Assembly: GCA_963836755.1 (NCBI GenBank)
Contig: CAWIKF010000002.1
Location: 2,112,001-2,176,000 of the forward strand
Reading direction: 5' to 3'
DNA from: an uncultured Verrucomicrobiae bacterium
GTDB taxonomy: Bacteria > Verrucomicrobiota > Verrucomicrobiia > Chthoniobacterales > Chthoniobacteraceae
DNA: 64,000 bases
The notes under the pieces were generated by a model that was given only the letters and a program-made list of their open reading frames with translations, had not been told where the DNA came from and did not search any database. Positions 10,378 to 21,635 of the stretch are shown here, in pieces. The position numbers and the translations under genes are program-made. The first letter of the stretch is position 1. Every line of letters begins with the position of its first letter.

Positions 10378-11082
10378 ATGGACGACGGCCTGCGGCTCCA
10401 CGCGCGCTGGCTGAAAATTTTTGACGAAAAGGATGTGGCGCGGTTTCAGGAAAAATTTGGCGCGGCGAAAACGGCGGAGTCCGATTACGCGGTGGCGCGC
10501 TCGCGGCAGTGCGATGCCGCGCGGCGGCAGGAGACGGCGGATGCGGCGCAGACCGAATGGCTCGGGAAGGCGCGGCTCATTTTCATCCTGCGCAAAGGCG
10601 CGCGCTGGTCGGAGGCGTGGGCCGAGACCGGTTTCACGCATCGCTCGACGAGCGTGCCGAAACGCGGCGTCGCGCGGACGGCGCTTTGCGGCGCGGTAGT
10701 GCAATTTTTTACGCGGCGCGCGGATTACGAATATGCGTTTGCAAATGTGACGGCGGAGGCCGGCGCGGCGATTCATGCGGAAATGCTGGCCGCCTCGCAC
10801 GCGTCGCTCACGGCGCAGGCCGAGGCGCGGGCGCAACGGCAGGCGCGCGATGCGGCTGAGCGCGAGCTGCGCCGGGCGATGCGCCTGGTGCGTGTTTTCC
10901 TCGCCTTTACATTCACGACGGACGATGTGCGCTGGGCGAGCTTCGGCTTGAACCAACCGACGAGCACCCGCAGCGCCCTGGAGCCGCGCAGCGTTTCCGC
11001 CCCTTCCCTCGCGGAAGTGATCGCTCTGCCGCCGCGCACGGAGATCGCGGCGGAGTTCGCGCCCACGCAAGCGGTGGCGTGA
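10378..11082 (+). CDS. Hypothetical Ala-rich helical protein (5' end possibly disrupted)
   Basis: 234-aa ORF with a C-terminal DVRWASFGLNQP motif. The frame is open from 10327 (ARNLPSGIHDLFALAQRM). Confidence 0.55.
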   Translation: MDDGLRLHARWLKIFDEKDVARFQEKFGAAKTAESDYAVARSRQCDAARRQETADAAQTEWLGKARLIFILRKGARWSEAWAETGFTHRSTSVPKRGVARTALCGAVVQFFTRRADYEYAFANVTAEAGAAIHAEMLAASHASLTAQAEARAQRQARDAAERELRRAMRLVRVFLAFTFTTDDVRWASFGLNQPTSTRSALEPRSVSAPSLAEVIALPPRTEIAAEFAPTQAVA

Positions 11083-11191
11083 TCACGAAAAATCACCGTT
11101 ACTAAAGTGGCGGCGACCGAGCGCGCGGCCGATGAAACTTTGACTCCACGCGCGCTGTTGATTTTTAATTCGCAGCGCGATTAACTCCGCG

Positions 11192-12280
11192 ATGCCCATC
11201 GGCCAACTCCTCCTCATCGGCGTCCCCGGCCCGGAACTCGATGCGGCCACGGCCGAAACCTTCCGCGCGATCCAGCCCGGCGGCTTCATTTTATTCGGCC
11301 GCAACATCGTCTCGCCCGCGCAACTGCGGAAGCTCATCGACGACCTGCGCGGCTTAAGTGAAATCGAGCCGATCATCACGATCGACCAGGAAGGCGGACG
11401 CGTCTCGCGATTGAAATTGATCGGCCAGGAGCCGCCGAATGCGCAGCAACTGCGTGTTAAAAATGATTTAACACTCATCGAACGCCACGGGCACATCACC
11501 GGCCGGCTGCTCCGGCTCTTCGGCTTCAATCTCGACCTCTGCCCGGTGCTCGACATCTCCTTTGACGACGATGCGGACAATTCCCTCCGCGGCCGCTGCT
11601 GGGGAGGCGATGTCGCGCAGGTCGTGCGCAACGCCAGCGCATTCAATCGCGCGCTCCGCGAGGAAAAGATCGCGAGCTGCGGCAAACATTTTCCCGGCTA
11701 CTCCGCCGCCGCGATCGATGCGCACCACGAGCTGCCGCTCATCACCCGCACACGCGCGGAGCTCGATGCGCACGAGCTCGCAGTCTTTAAACACTTTGTC
11801 GACAAAGTGGACAGCATGATGATCTGCCACGCGCAATATCCGCATCTCGATCCCGCATTTCCCGCATCGCTTTCCCACCGCATCATCACGGAAATCCTGC
11901 GCGGCGAGTTTGGCTACGACGGCCTGGTGATGACCGACGATCTCGACATGGGCGCGATCCTGAACCATTACGATCTCGCCGAAATGCTGCACCTCGCCAT
12001 CGCCGCCGGCAACGATCTCGCGATGATCTGCCATCGGATCGAATGCGCGCGCGATGCGCTGTCGATTTTGAAAACATTACCCACCGCGCAGCTCGACCGC
12101 GCGCTCGCGAGCGTGGCGAAATTCAAGGCGCGCATGACGCCGCCCGATCCATTTTCCGTGGAGGAATTTCGCCGTCGCGATGCTGAGGTGTGGGACCTGC
12201 GCGTCGCCACGCTCGGCGCGGACGCCGCCGCGCAGCGCAGCCCCGAGGATGGCAAGCGCTCGCCGGTGGAGATGTATTGA
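11192..12280 (+). CDS. nagZ: GH3 beta-N-acetylhexosaminidase (NagZ-like)
   Basis: GGFILFGRN, IDQEGGRVSRL, PVLD, KHFPG...DAH, TDDLDMGA. Confidence 0.85.
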   Translation: MPIGQLLLIGVPGPELDAATAETFRAIQPGGFILFGRNIVSPAQLRKLIDDLRGLSEIEPIITIDQEGGRVSRLKLIGQEPPNAQQLRVKNDLTLIERHGHITGRLLRLFGFNLDLCPVLDISFDDDADNSLRGRCWGGDVAQVVRNASAFNRALREEKIASCGKHFPGYSAAAIDAHHELPLITRTRAELDAHELAVFKHFVDKVDSMMICHAQYPHLDPAFPASLSHRIITEILRGEFGYDGLVMTDDLDMGAILNHYDLAEMLHLAIAAGNDLAMICHRIECARDALSILKTLPTAQLDRALASVAKFKARMTPPDPFSVEEFRRRDAEVWDLRVATLGADAAAQRSPEDGKRSPVEMY

Positions 12281-12296
12281 ACGCGGCGCGTGACTG

Positions 12297-12509
12297 ATGA
12301 AAGCGATCGTCTGCCGCCTCGCTGCATCTTTGCTCAGCGCGGTAAACTCGCGAGGCGCAGATTCGACGCCTTACGGGAACTTCGCTGTTTGGAACGCTAC
12401 CTCTCCGGACAAGCGATACTTTGCAGCCGCGAGACGGATGCCTCAGCCTGACGTGATTTGGAAGGAAGAATTCGACGGATTCCAGTTCGCAAAGCCGATT
12501 CGCCGCTAA
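12297..12509 (+). CDS. Small hypothetical ORF or gene remnant
   Basis: 70-aa ORF with a signal-like N-terminus filling the nagZ-mqnC gap; no recognisable motif. Confidence 0.25.
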   Translation: MKAIVCRLAASLLSAVNSRGADSTPYGNFAVWNATSPDKRYFAAARRMPQPDVIWKEEFDGFQFAKPIRR

Positions 12510-12584
12510 AGATCGGAATCACATCGCAATTTCGGCGCAGCGAGGAAGTGGACAGCGGCAGCGGCGCATGTAAAATCTTGCGAA

Positions 12585-13676
12585 ATGGTCGCTCCGCTTT
12601 TGGATCAAACAGTTGCCGACAAAGTTCTCGCGGGCGAGCGGATCTCGCGGGACGAGGCGCGCGAGCTTTACCACGCACCGCTCAATGAGCTCGGCGCGCT
12701 GGCCGATTTCCGCCGCCGCGAGGCGACACGCGCGCGTCACGGCGGGCGCGGCGAGGAGATCGCGACTTACATCGTCGATCGCAACATTAATTACACCAAC
12801 GTCTGCAACGTCTATTGCAAGTTTTGCGCGTTTTACCGCACGGAAAAAGATGACGACCATTACGTGCTCACACGCGACGAACTCGACGTAAAACTCGACG
12901 AGCTGAGCGCCGTGGGCGGCGTGCAGATTTTAATGCAGGGCGGTCATCATCCGAAGCTCGGGCTCGACTGGTATCTCGATCTGCTCGCGCACATCCGCGA
13001 AAAATATCCGCACATCAACATCCACGGATTCAGCCCGCCGGAGTTCAACCACTTCGCGCAGGTGTTTAACATGCCGTTGCGCGAGGTGATCGCAAAATTC
13101 AAGGAAGCCGGCCTCGGCTCGATCCCCGGCGGCGGCGGCGAAATCCTCGTGGATCGTGTGCGGCAGCGCATTTCGCCGCTGAAATGCATGAGCGATCAAT
13201 GGCTCGAAGTGATGCGCATCGCGCACGAGCTCGGGCTGAACTCGAGCGCGACGATGATGTTCGGCCACGTGGAAAACATCGGCGACCGGCTGGAGCATTT
13301 GCAAAGGCTGCGCGACTTGCAGGATGAGACCGGCGGCTTCACGGCGTTCATCTGCTGGACGTTTCAACCTGACAACACTGTGTTGAAAGCGACGCCGGTC
13401 GGCTCGATGGAATATCTGCGGATGCAGGCGCTCTCGCGCATCTTTTTGGACAACTTTGAAAACGTGCAAAGCTCGTGGGTCACGCAGGGTCCGAAGATCG
13501 GGCAGATCGCGCTGAAGTATGGCGCGAATGATTTCGGCAGCGTGATGATGGAAGAAAATGTCGTCAGCAGCGCCGGCACTTCGTTCCGCTTGTGCGCGGA
13601 GGAAATCGAATCGCTCATCCGCGGGGCCGGCTACGAGCCGCATCGGCGCGACAACTGGTATCGCCTGCTCTCGTGA
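12585..13676 (+). CDS. mqnC: Cyclic dehypoxanthinyl futalosine synthase (radical SAM)
   Basis: DRNINYTNVCNVYCKFCAF, QGGHHP, SIPGGGGEIL, ATMMFGH, GANDFGSVMMEENVVS. Confidence 0.9.
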   Translation: MVAPLLDQTVADKVLAGERISRDEARELYHAPLNELGALADFRRREATRARHGGRGEEIATYIVDRNINYTNVCNVYCKFCAFYRTEKDDDHYVLTRDELDVKLDELSAVGGVQILMQGGHHPKLGLDWYLDLLAHIREKYPHINIHGFSPPEFNHFAQVFNMPLREVIAKFKEAGLGSIPGGGGEILVDRVRQRISPLKCMSDQWLEVMRIAHELGLNSSATMMFGHVENIGDRLEHLQRLRDLQDETGGFTAFICWTFQPDNTVLKATPVGSMEYLRMQALSRIFLDNFENVQSSWVTQGPKIGQIALKYGANDFGSVMMEENVVSSAGTSFRLCAEEIESLIRGAGYEPHRRDNWYRLLS

Positions 13677-13738
13677 GCGCACGCGCGAAAAGAATGCGTG
13701 ATTTTCCGCCGTTGTCCGCTAGCTTTTTGCGTCCACCC

Positions 13739-14413
13739 ATGAAGAAATCCGCCTTTACGCTCATCGAACTCCTCGTCGTCATCGCCATCATCGCGATCCT
13801 CGCCGGCATCGCGCTTCCCGTGTTTTCAAAAGTGCAGGAAAAGGCGCACGCGACGCAGGATGCCAGCAACATTCGCCAGCTCGGGCTCGGGGTCATCGGT
13901 TACATGAATGACAACACCGACACGTATCCGGCGCTCGCCGGTCCGTGGACGAAGAAGTTAAACCCGACCTACGTCCCCGGCTGGAAAGTTTTTCTCTCCC
14001 CTTTCGACAAGCGCACCTCGAACGAGAACGGCGATGGGACAACGCCCGTTAGCTACGACATGAACGCGAATCTCACGACGAAGGCGGGCGGCAGCGGCGG
14101 GCCGGCATCGAGCAGCGATGTCGTGAACCCTTCCTCGTGCATCCTGATGGCGCCGAATATCAATGACCCGGTCAACATCAACAGCGCCGCAGTCGGCTGG
14201 AAAGGGACTGCGCTCAATCCGGGTCAGCCAAGCGTGCTGAGCATGTCCAGCAACGGCTCGGGCGCGACCGGCGGCACGCACGCGGGCGGCAGACATATCA
14301 ATGTCCTTTTCGCCGATGCGCACGTGGCGGACATGCTGATGAGCGATTTCCATTCGACGCTTCCAAACTCCGACACGACCAGCTCGATCACGGACGTGCG
14401 GTGGAATAAATAG
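13739..14413 (+). CDS. Prepilin-type N-methylation / H-X9-DG-like domain protein
   Basis: MKKSAFTLIELLVVIAIIAILAG..LPVF and C-terminal H-AGGRHINVLF-ADAH. Confidence 0.9.
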   Translation: MKKSAFTLIELLVVIAIIAILAGIALPVFSKVQEKAHATQDASNIRQLGLGVIGYMNDNTDTYPALAGPWTKKLNPTYVPGWKVFLSPFDKRTSNENGDGTTPVSYDMNANLTTKAGGSGGPASSSDVVNPSSCILMAPNINDPVNINSAAVGWKGTALNPGQPSVLSMSSNGSGATGGTHAGGRHINVLFADAHVADMLMSDFHSTLPNSDTTSSITDVRWNK

Positions 14414-14416
14414 GCG

Positions 14417-15478
14417 GTGCTCACCGTCGACGTCGCGCTCGCGGCGCAGCCTTATCGCGTCACGATCGGCGCGGGCCTGCTCGATTCTCTCGGCGATGCG
14501 CTGACGGAATCAAAGTTGCCCGGGCGCTGCGCGATCATCACGGATGAGAACGTCGAAAAACTTTACGCGGCGCGCGTCACAACTGCGCTGAAAGCCGCGG
14601 ATCCTTTGCTCATCAGCGTTCCCGCCGGTGAGCGATCAAAGTCGCTCGCGCAAGCAGAGACGATTTGCGACCGGATGATCGAGGCGGGATTCGATCGCGG
14701 ATCATTCGTCGTCGCGCTCGGCGGCGGCGTGGTTGGCGATCTCGCGGGATTCGTCGCGGCGATTTATTTTCGTGGAATCCCGTGCGTGCAGGTGCCGACA
14801 ACAATCGTCGCACAAGTAGATAGTGCCATCGGCGGCAAGTCCGGCGTCAATGCGCGCGGCGGCAAAAATTTGATCGGCGCATTCCATCAGCCGCGTGCCG
14901 TTTTTGCCGATGTCGAGACACTGCGGACGCTGCCGCAACGGGAGTTTAACGAAGGTTTTGCGGAAGTGATCAAGCACGCGATTATTCGCGATGCGCAAAT
15001 GTTTAACGAGCTGGGAAACTTTGACCGCGAAAATCTCGCGCCGCTCATCGCGCGCAATGTGCGGATAAAGTCAGACATCGTCGCGGCCGACGAGCGCGAG
15101 ACGACGGGCGAGCGCGCGCTGTTGAACTTTGGCCACACCGTCGGACACGCGATTGAAAACGCCGCCGGCTACGGCCGCTTCCTGCACGGCGAAGCAATCG
15201 CGATCGGCATCGCCGCCGCCGCGGACTTGTCCGTCCGCCACGCCAATCTCTCGCCTGACGATCAAGCGCGCATCCTCGCGCGGCTCAAGCAATTCGAACT
15301 GCCCACGCATTTGCCGCATGACATCAGCACCGACGCGATCATGTCCGCGCTGCGCACTGACAAAAAGTTTGCCGCGGGCCACATCCGCTTTGTCCTCACG
15401 TCCGGCATCGGCTCCGCTTTCGTCTCGAGCGACATCACGCTCGGCGAGATCCGCGACGCGATCGCGCGGCTGCGGTAA
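14417..15478 (+). CDS. aroB: 3-dehydroquinate synthase
   Basis: GE.SKS, GGGVVGDLAGF, PTT..AQVDSAIGGK, KNLIGAFHQP, LNFGHTVGHAIE, HGEAIA. Confidence 0.96.
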   Translation: MLTVDVALAAQPYRVTIGAGLLDSLGDALTESKLPGRCAIITDENVEKLYAARVTTALKAADPLLISVPAGERSKSLAQAETICDRMIEAGFDRGSFVVALGGGVVGDLAGFVAAIYFRGIPCVQVPTTIVAQVDSAIGGKSGVNARGGKNLIGAFHQPRAVFADVETLRTLPQREFNEGFAEVIKHAIIRDAQMFNELGNFDRENLAPLIARNVRIKSDIVAADERETTGERALLNFGHTVGHAIENAAGYGRFLHGEAIAIGIAAAADLSVRHANLSPDDQARILARLKQFELPTHLPHDISTDAIMSALRTDKKFAAGHIRFVLTSGIGSAFVSSDITLGEIRDAIARLR

Positions 15479-15517
15479 AGCCGATTGACTCGCCTTCGCC
15501 TTCCATTATCGTCAGCG

Positions 15518-15606
15518 AAATGCGGGGGCGCCGTTTGGCTGAGACTTCGGTGAGTGCCGAAGAACCCCTTGAACCTGATGCGGGTCATGCCGCCGAAGGG
15601 AGCAAG
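15518..15606 (+). ncRNA. TPP (THI-box) riboswitch aptamer
   Basis: GGGG..CC...GGCTGAGA...ACCC.TTGAACCTGAT.CGGGT.ATGCC..CG.AGGGA consensus directly upstream of thiC. TTGACT -35-like hexamer at 15485. Confidence 0.95.
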
Positions 15607-15610
15607 GTCC

Positions 15611-15640
15611 AGCCACGCACTCGCGTGGCTTTTTCTTTTT
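15611..15640 (+). terminator. Intrinsic terminator (TPP riboswitch expression platform)
   Basis: AGCCACGC-actc-GCGTGGCT hairpin followed by a T-tract, between the aptamer and the thiC start. Confidence 0.85.
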
Positions 15641-15648
15641 AGGACATT

Positions 15649-17615
<1,967 letters not shown>

Positions 17616-17660
17616 GGCGGTATGCCTCGACGTGACTCCGGCTCGTTGTAATTAAACTCT

Positions 17661-20477
17661 ATGGCGAAACTCCGAGTGCTCGCTAGCGGATCAACTCCAT
17701 CTGCGCGCTCGCAGAAGCGGGGAAAGCTTTTTGAAAGCTTGATGACGGACGTGTTCAGGCGTTTCGGCTACACCTTCAATGGGACGGCGAGCACTAATTA
17801 CTCCGGGATGGAGATAGATATTGATGGCATTCACACAGCTACCAACTTGCCACTTTATGCGGAGTGCAAATGTTACGAGTCAGAAGTTGACTCTCCCAAA
17901 CTACAGGCATTCTTCGGAAAGTATGTTGCTCTTTGGATGAAGGACAATCGGGCACATGGGATTTTTGTCGCGATCCCAGGCATCAATCCCCACGCGAAGG
18001 GATTTTATCGCGACAACTGCGAGGCGAATCCAAAGCTAACGCTTCGGCTTTACCAAGAAGACGAGGTGCTCCAAGCATTAATTGATTCCGGCAAATTATC
18101 CCACCCTTCAACGGTCCCCAAATGCATCCCGCTCGACGTGGGATCGGCGGGCGAACAGTTGACGTTATCAACCGAACTAGGGATTTTCGTGGTTCAATTC
18201 ATTATCCCCACTGGTAGCGCTATCGCCTCACACTTTGCACTATTTGACGCGCGCGGTCAGTTTCTGACGGACCGCGGCTCTATCGAGACCCTAATCGACC
18301 TAGAGCCGGAATTGAAAGCGTTCGAATTCGTATCGCTTGGACCAGAACCACTGATAACTCCCGCCCGAAGCGCGGAAGTGCCTGAAACAATTGTTGAAGT
18401 CAAAGGTAGCTCGTCGTGCTTCGAGTTTCAGTTTCCAGCCTCTCCCGAACATTTCGTGGGCCGCACGAATTTGCGAGGCGAGGTTAAAGACTTCGTTGCT
18501 GACGTTGTGGCCCGGCGAACCGCTGCGAGAGGATTACTTTTTGAAGCCAATTCAGGCTGGGGCAAGAGTTCCGCAGTCCTTTCTTGCGCAGAACATCTTC
18601 GTGGAGTTGGGCATTACTCGGTTGCGATCGACTCTCGCTCGGCGTCGTCCTCTCAATTCATTCTGCGGGTTGTCCAGCACACTGTTCAGGCCCTTCTGGT
18701 TCAGGGCATTTCTCTCAATGGCGCTGACAGCCAGATTTCCGGATTCGATAGTGCGGCGGAAATCCTAGTTAAAATAGGCCAAGAGCTTGCACGACGCGGA
18801 AAGCTACTTGTGATCTTTTTAGATCAATTCGAGAATTTGTTCTTCTTACCCGACGCCTTCAAGCGGATAAGGGACCTTTTCCTTAAGGTAAGCAATGCGG
18901 AGACTAATGTAGTGTTTGGTTTCTGTTGGAAGACAGACCTCGTTGGACTGACTAACGAATTTCCATATCAGCTCCGCGATTCGATTAGGACAGTTAGTCG
19001 GGTCGTTCAGTTGGAAAAGTTCACAGAAGCGGAAACAAGCGAACTTCTGAACAAGCTAAGTGCGGAAATCGGTGCGCCCTTACGAAAAGACCTTCGTTTT
19101 TTCCTTTCCGAGTTTTCACAGGGCTACCCTTGGCTGCTGAAAAAGCTCTGCGCTCATGTAAAATCACAGCGAGAAGCAGGGACGCCACAGATCGCAATCG
19201 CGAATGGACTCCTAAATGTGGAGCAACTGTTTCAAGAAGACTTGAACGGCCTTTCCCTTCAACAGGAAGAAGCTCTTCGCCGAATCGCTAAGCTGGCTCC
19301 GATAGCTATAGCGGATTTGGGTGACGAACTAAGCCCCACCGTCCTTCATAGCTTGATTGATCGGCGTTTGGTCGTGCGTATCGGAACAAAGTTGGACATC
19401 TATTGGGACATCTTCCGTGACTTTCTCAATACGGGTCGAGTTCCAGCTCAAGAGCAATACATCCCTCGACTTGGGACGCGAAGTGTATATCGGGCCTGTA
19501 AGATTTTGGCGGACGCGGGCAAAGCCATCTCAGTTCAAGAACTAGCTACGCGCGCGAAGGTAAGCTCTCAATCGTTCTACAACGTTGCGCACGAGTTTCG
19601 CATGCTTGGCCTTGCTACGATATCCGGCGAACTGGTGTCGTTAAATCCTGCTCTAGCTGCGGCGGCGGATTTTCAGGCAGCATTTCGCGCTTACCTCAGC
19701 GACAAGCTGAAGCGGAATCGTTTAGTTCTGTTGATGCTCGATAAGTTGACTGTCGAGCCTGACTTAAGTGTAGAGCAGATCGGACAGTTTCTCATGAGTA
19801 GCTGCCCATATATTTCGGCATCGGCGTCGAGTTGGGAGGATTACTCGGATATCTTTTGCGACTGGCTGGACGCCGGTGATTTGGCCATTCACGACCGTCG
19901 TGGGAAGAGACTTCGGCGTTATCAACCAGGCACTGAAATCCGGGAGCGACATTTTTCCCGTCTTACCCGGCGAGGGGGAACCAGCGTGCTTCAAGTTCAC
20001 TACGGCCCGGTGGCGGCCGTGGCAAAAGCCCTCGCGCAGATTCTTCATGGTGGAAAATTCGCTTGGCCTCAGATGGGGCCGAGCACCCGACAAAAAGCCC
20101 TGCTTGTCCTCGAGGATTTTGGCTATATCACCCGAAAATCGGGATCTATTACTGTGCTATTGACGCTGAAGCCTTTTGGGCAGCCGGATTTTGATGTCCC
20201 AAAAGCTTTGGGAGATGCCGCGTTAAAGATTGCGTCATTCCGCGAGTTTATAGGCATTCTTTCCAATGACACTGGGAAAAAGAAAAGTCACTTAGAGTTA
20301 GGACGCTTGTTGATGGTGGGTATGAATTCTGAATGGAGCGATGGCACCGCTCAGACAACGTCCAAAATTCTGATGGACTGGGCGCGGCATACAGGTCTTG
20401 CGCGAGGACCTTACGCTAAGTTCGTCCAAAGAAGTGCAAGCGAAGCGGGTTTTACAGCGCAGGCACCACTTTTGTGA
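17661..20477 (+). CDS. Mrr-like restriction endonuclease - STAND/AAA+ NTPase - winged-helix protein (putative defence)
   Basis: N-terminal GKLFE...EIDI...AECK PD-(D/E)XK motif; FVGR, Walker A ANSGWGKSS, Walker B IFLDQFE, GYP motif. Visibly more AT-rich than flanking genes. Confidence 0.8.
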   Translation: MAKLRVLASGSTPSARSQKRGKLFESLMTDVFRRFGYTFNGTASTNYSGMEIDIDGIHTATNLPLYAECKCYESEVDSPKLQAFFGKYVALWMKDNRAHGIFVAIPGINPHAKGFYRDNCEANPKLTLRLYQEDEVLQALIDSGKLSHPSTVPKCIPLDVGSAGEQLTLSTELGIFVVQFIIPTGSAIASHFALFDARGQFLTDRGSIETLIDLEPELKAFEFVSLGPEPLITPARSAEVPETIVEVKGSSSCFEFQFPASPEHFVGRTNLRGEVKDFVADVVARRTAARGLLFEANSGWGKSSAVLSCAEHLRGVGHYSVAIDSRSASSSQFILRVVQHTVQALLVQGISLNGADSQISGFDSAAEILVKIGQELARRGKLLVIFLDQFENLFFLPDAFKRIRDLFLKVSNAETNVVFGFCWKTDLVGLTNEFPYQLRDSIRTVSRVVQLEKFTEAETSELLNKLSAEIGAPLRKDLRFFLSEFSQGYPWLLKKLCAHVKSQREAGTPQIAIANGLLNVEQLFQEDLNGLSLQQEEALRRIAKLAPIAIADLGDELSPTVLHSLIDRRLVVRIGTKLDIYWDIFRDFLNTGRVPAQEQYIPRLGTRSVYRACKILADAGKAISVQELATRAKVSSQSFYNVAHEFRMLGLATISGELVSLNPALAAAADFQAAFRAYLSDKLKRNRLVLLMLDKLTVEPDLSVEQIGQFLMSSCPYISASASSWEDYSDIFCDWLDAGDLAIHDRRGKRLRRYQPGTEIRERHFSRLTRRGGTSVLQVHYGPVAAVAKALAQILHGGKFAWPQMGPSTRQKALLVLEDFGYITRKSGSITVLLTLKPFGQPDFDVPKALGDAALKIASFREFIGILSNDTGKKKSHLELGRLLMVGMNSEWSDGTAQTTSKILMDWARHTGLARGPYAKFVQRSASEAGFTAQAPLL

Positions 20478-20508
20478 ATTGCATGCCGCTCTTATTAAGA
20501 AATTGAAC

Positions 20509-21009
20509 ATGAGCACGGACCTCATCCACCCTGCCGTCCGCATCGGGCATGTGCATTTGAAGGTGGCGGACTTGGAGCGGGCGCTTTCGTTTTACCGCGA
20601 TGTGCTCGGGTTTGAAGTGACGCAGCGGATGGGAAAGCAGGCGGCGTTTCTTTCGGCGGGCGGGTATCATCATCACATCGGGCTCAATACCTGGGAGAGC
20701 GCGGGTGGGCGGGCGCCGGCGCCGGGGACGACGGGGCTGTATCACCTGGCGATTTTGTATCCGACGCGGGCGGAGCTGGGCGATGCGTTGCGGCGGCTGA
20801 TGAAGGCGGGCATTCCGCTCGAAGGCGCGTCGGATCACGGCGTGAGCGAGGCGCTTTATCTGCGCGACCCGGATGGCAATGGCGTGGAGCTGTATTGGGA
20901 TCGGCCCATGGAGGAATGGCCGCGCACGCCGGAGGGCGAGCTGGCGATGTTCACGAAGCCGCTCGACGTGGAGTCGCTTTTACTGCTCGTTCCCGAAGCG
21001 CTACGCTAA
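20509..21009 (+). CDS. VOC/glyoxalase-family protein (catechol 2,3-dioxygenase-like)
   Basis: IGHVHLKVADL, AGGYHHHIGLNTW, GLYHLA, DHGVSEALYLRDPDGNGVELY. Confidence 0.92.
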   Translation: MSTDLIHPAVRIGHVHLKVADLERALSFYRDVLGFEVTQRMGKQAAFLSAGGYHHHIGLNTWESAGGRAPAPGTTGLYHLAILYPTRAELGDALRRLMKAGIPLEGASDHGVSEALYLRDPDGNGVELYWDRPMEEWPRTPEGELAMFTKPLDVESLLLLVPEALR

Positions 21010-21029
21010 CTTTCGCAACTGGAGGGAAA
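20986..21029. repeat. Imperfect hairpin repeat, copy 1
   Basis: Shares GCGCTACGCTAACTTT (20998-21013) and flanking TCGTTCC / GGAAA with the copy at 21593-21634. Confidence 0.75.
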
Positions 21030-21049
21030 CAACCAAGATGCGGGTTTCG

Positions 21050-21535
21050 TCACCCGCGGCGGGCGGCCTCGATCTTGGCGACGTCGATTTTGCCCATCTC
21101 CATCATCGCGGCGAAGACGCGCTTCGCCTCCTCGCCGCCCGCGGCCACCGCCTCGGTCAGGACGCGCGGGGTGATCTGCCACGAAAGGCCCCAGCGGTCC
21201 TGGCACCAGCCGCACTCGCTGGCCTCGCCGCCGTTGGCGATGATCGCGTTCCAGTAGCGGTCGGTTTCCTCCTGGGTGTCGGTCGCGATCTGGAAGGAGA
21301 AGGCACAGCTGTGTTTAAACTGCGGCCCGCCATTGAGGCCGACGCAGGGGATGCCGCAGACTGTGAACTCGACGACGAGGATGTCGCCAGCCTTGCCCGA
21401 TGGATAGTCGGTGGGCGCGTGGTGGACCGCCGTCACTTCGCTGTCCGGAAACGTGGCCGCATAGAAGCGCGCGGCTTCGAGGGCATCCTTGTCAAACCAC
21501 AGGCAAACGGTGTTTTTGGAACTGGTCTTTTGCAT
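21050..21535 (-). CDS. PhnB-like VOC protein (3-demethylubiquinone-9 3-methyltransferase-like family)
   Basis: CLWFD..ALEAA.FY, LNGGPQF, QEETDRYW, CGWCQDRWGLSWQITP. Confidence 0.9.
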   Translation of the reverse strand: MQKTSSKNTVCLWFDKDALEAARFYAATFPDSEVTAVHHAPTDYPSGKAGDILVVEFTVCGIPCVGLNGGPQFKHSCAFSFQIATDTQEETDRYWNAIIANGGEASECGWCQDRWGLSWQITPRVLTEAVAAGGEEAKRVFAAMMEMGKIDVAKIEAARRG

Positions 21536-21592
21536 CGAGTGAATCTGGTCGGGTCCGGTTCGGCAGAGAAGCCTAAAGACGTCTTTTATTTT

Positions 21593-21634
21593 TCGTTCCG
21601 AACGCGCTACGCTAACTTTTGGAACGAGAGGAAA
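21593..21634. repeat. Imperfect hairpin repeat, copy 2
   Basis: TCGTTCC...GGAACGA stem enclosing GCGCTACGCTAACTTT (21604-21619). Confidence 0.75.
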
Positions 21635-21635
21635 T

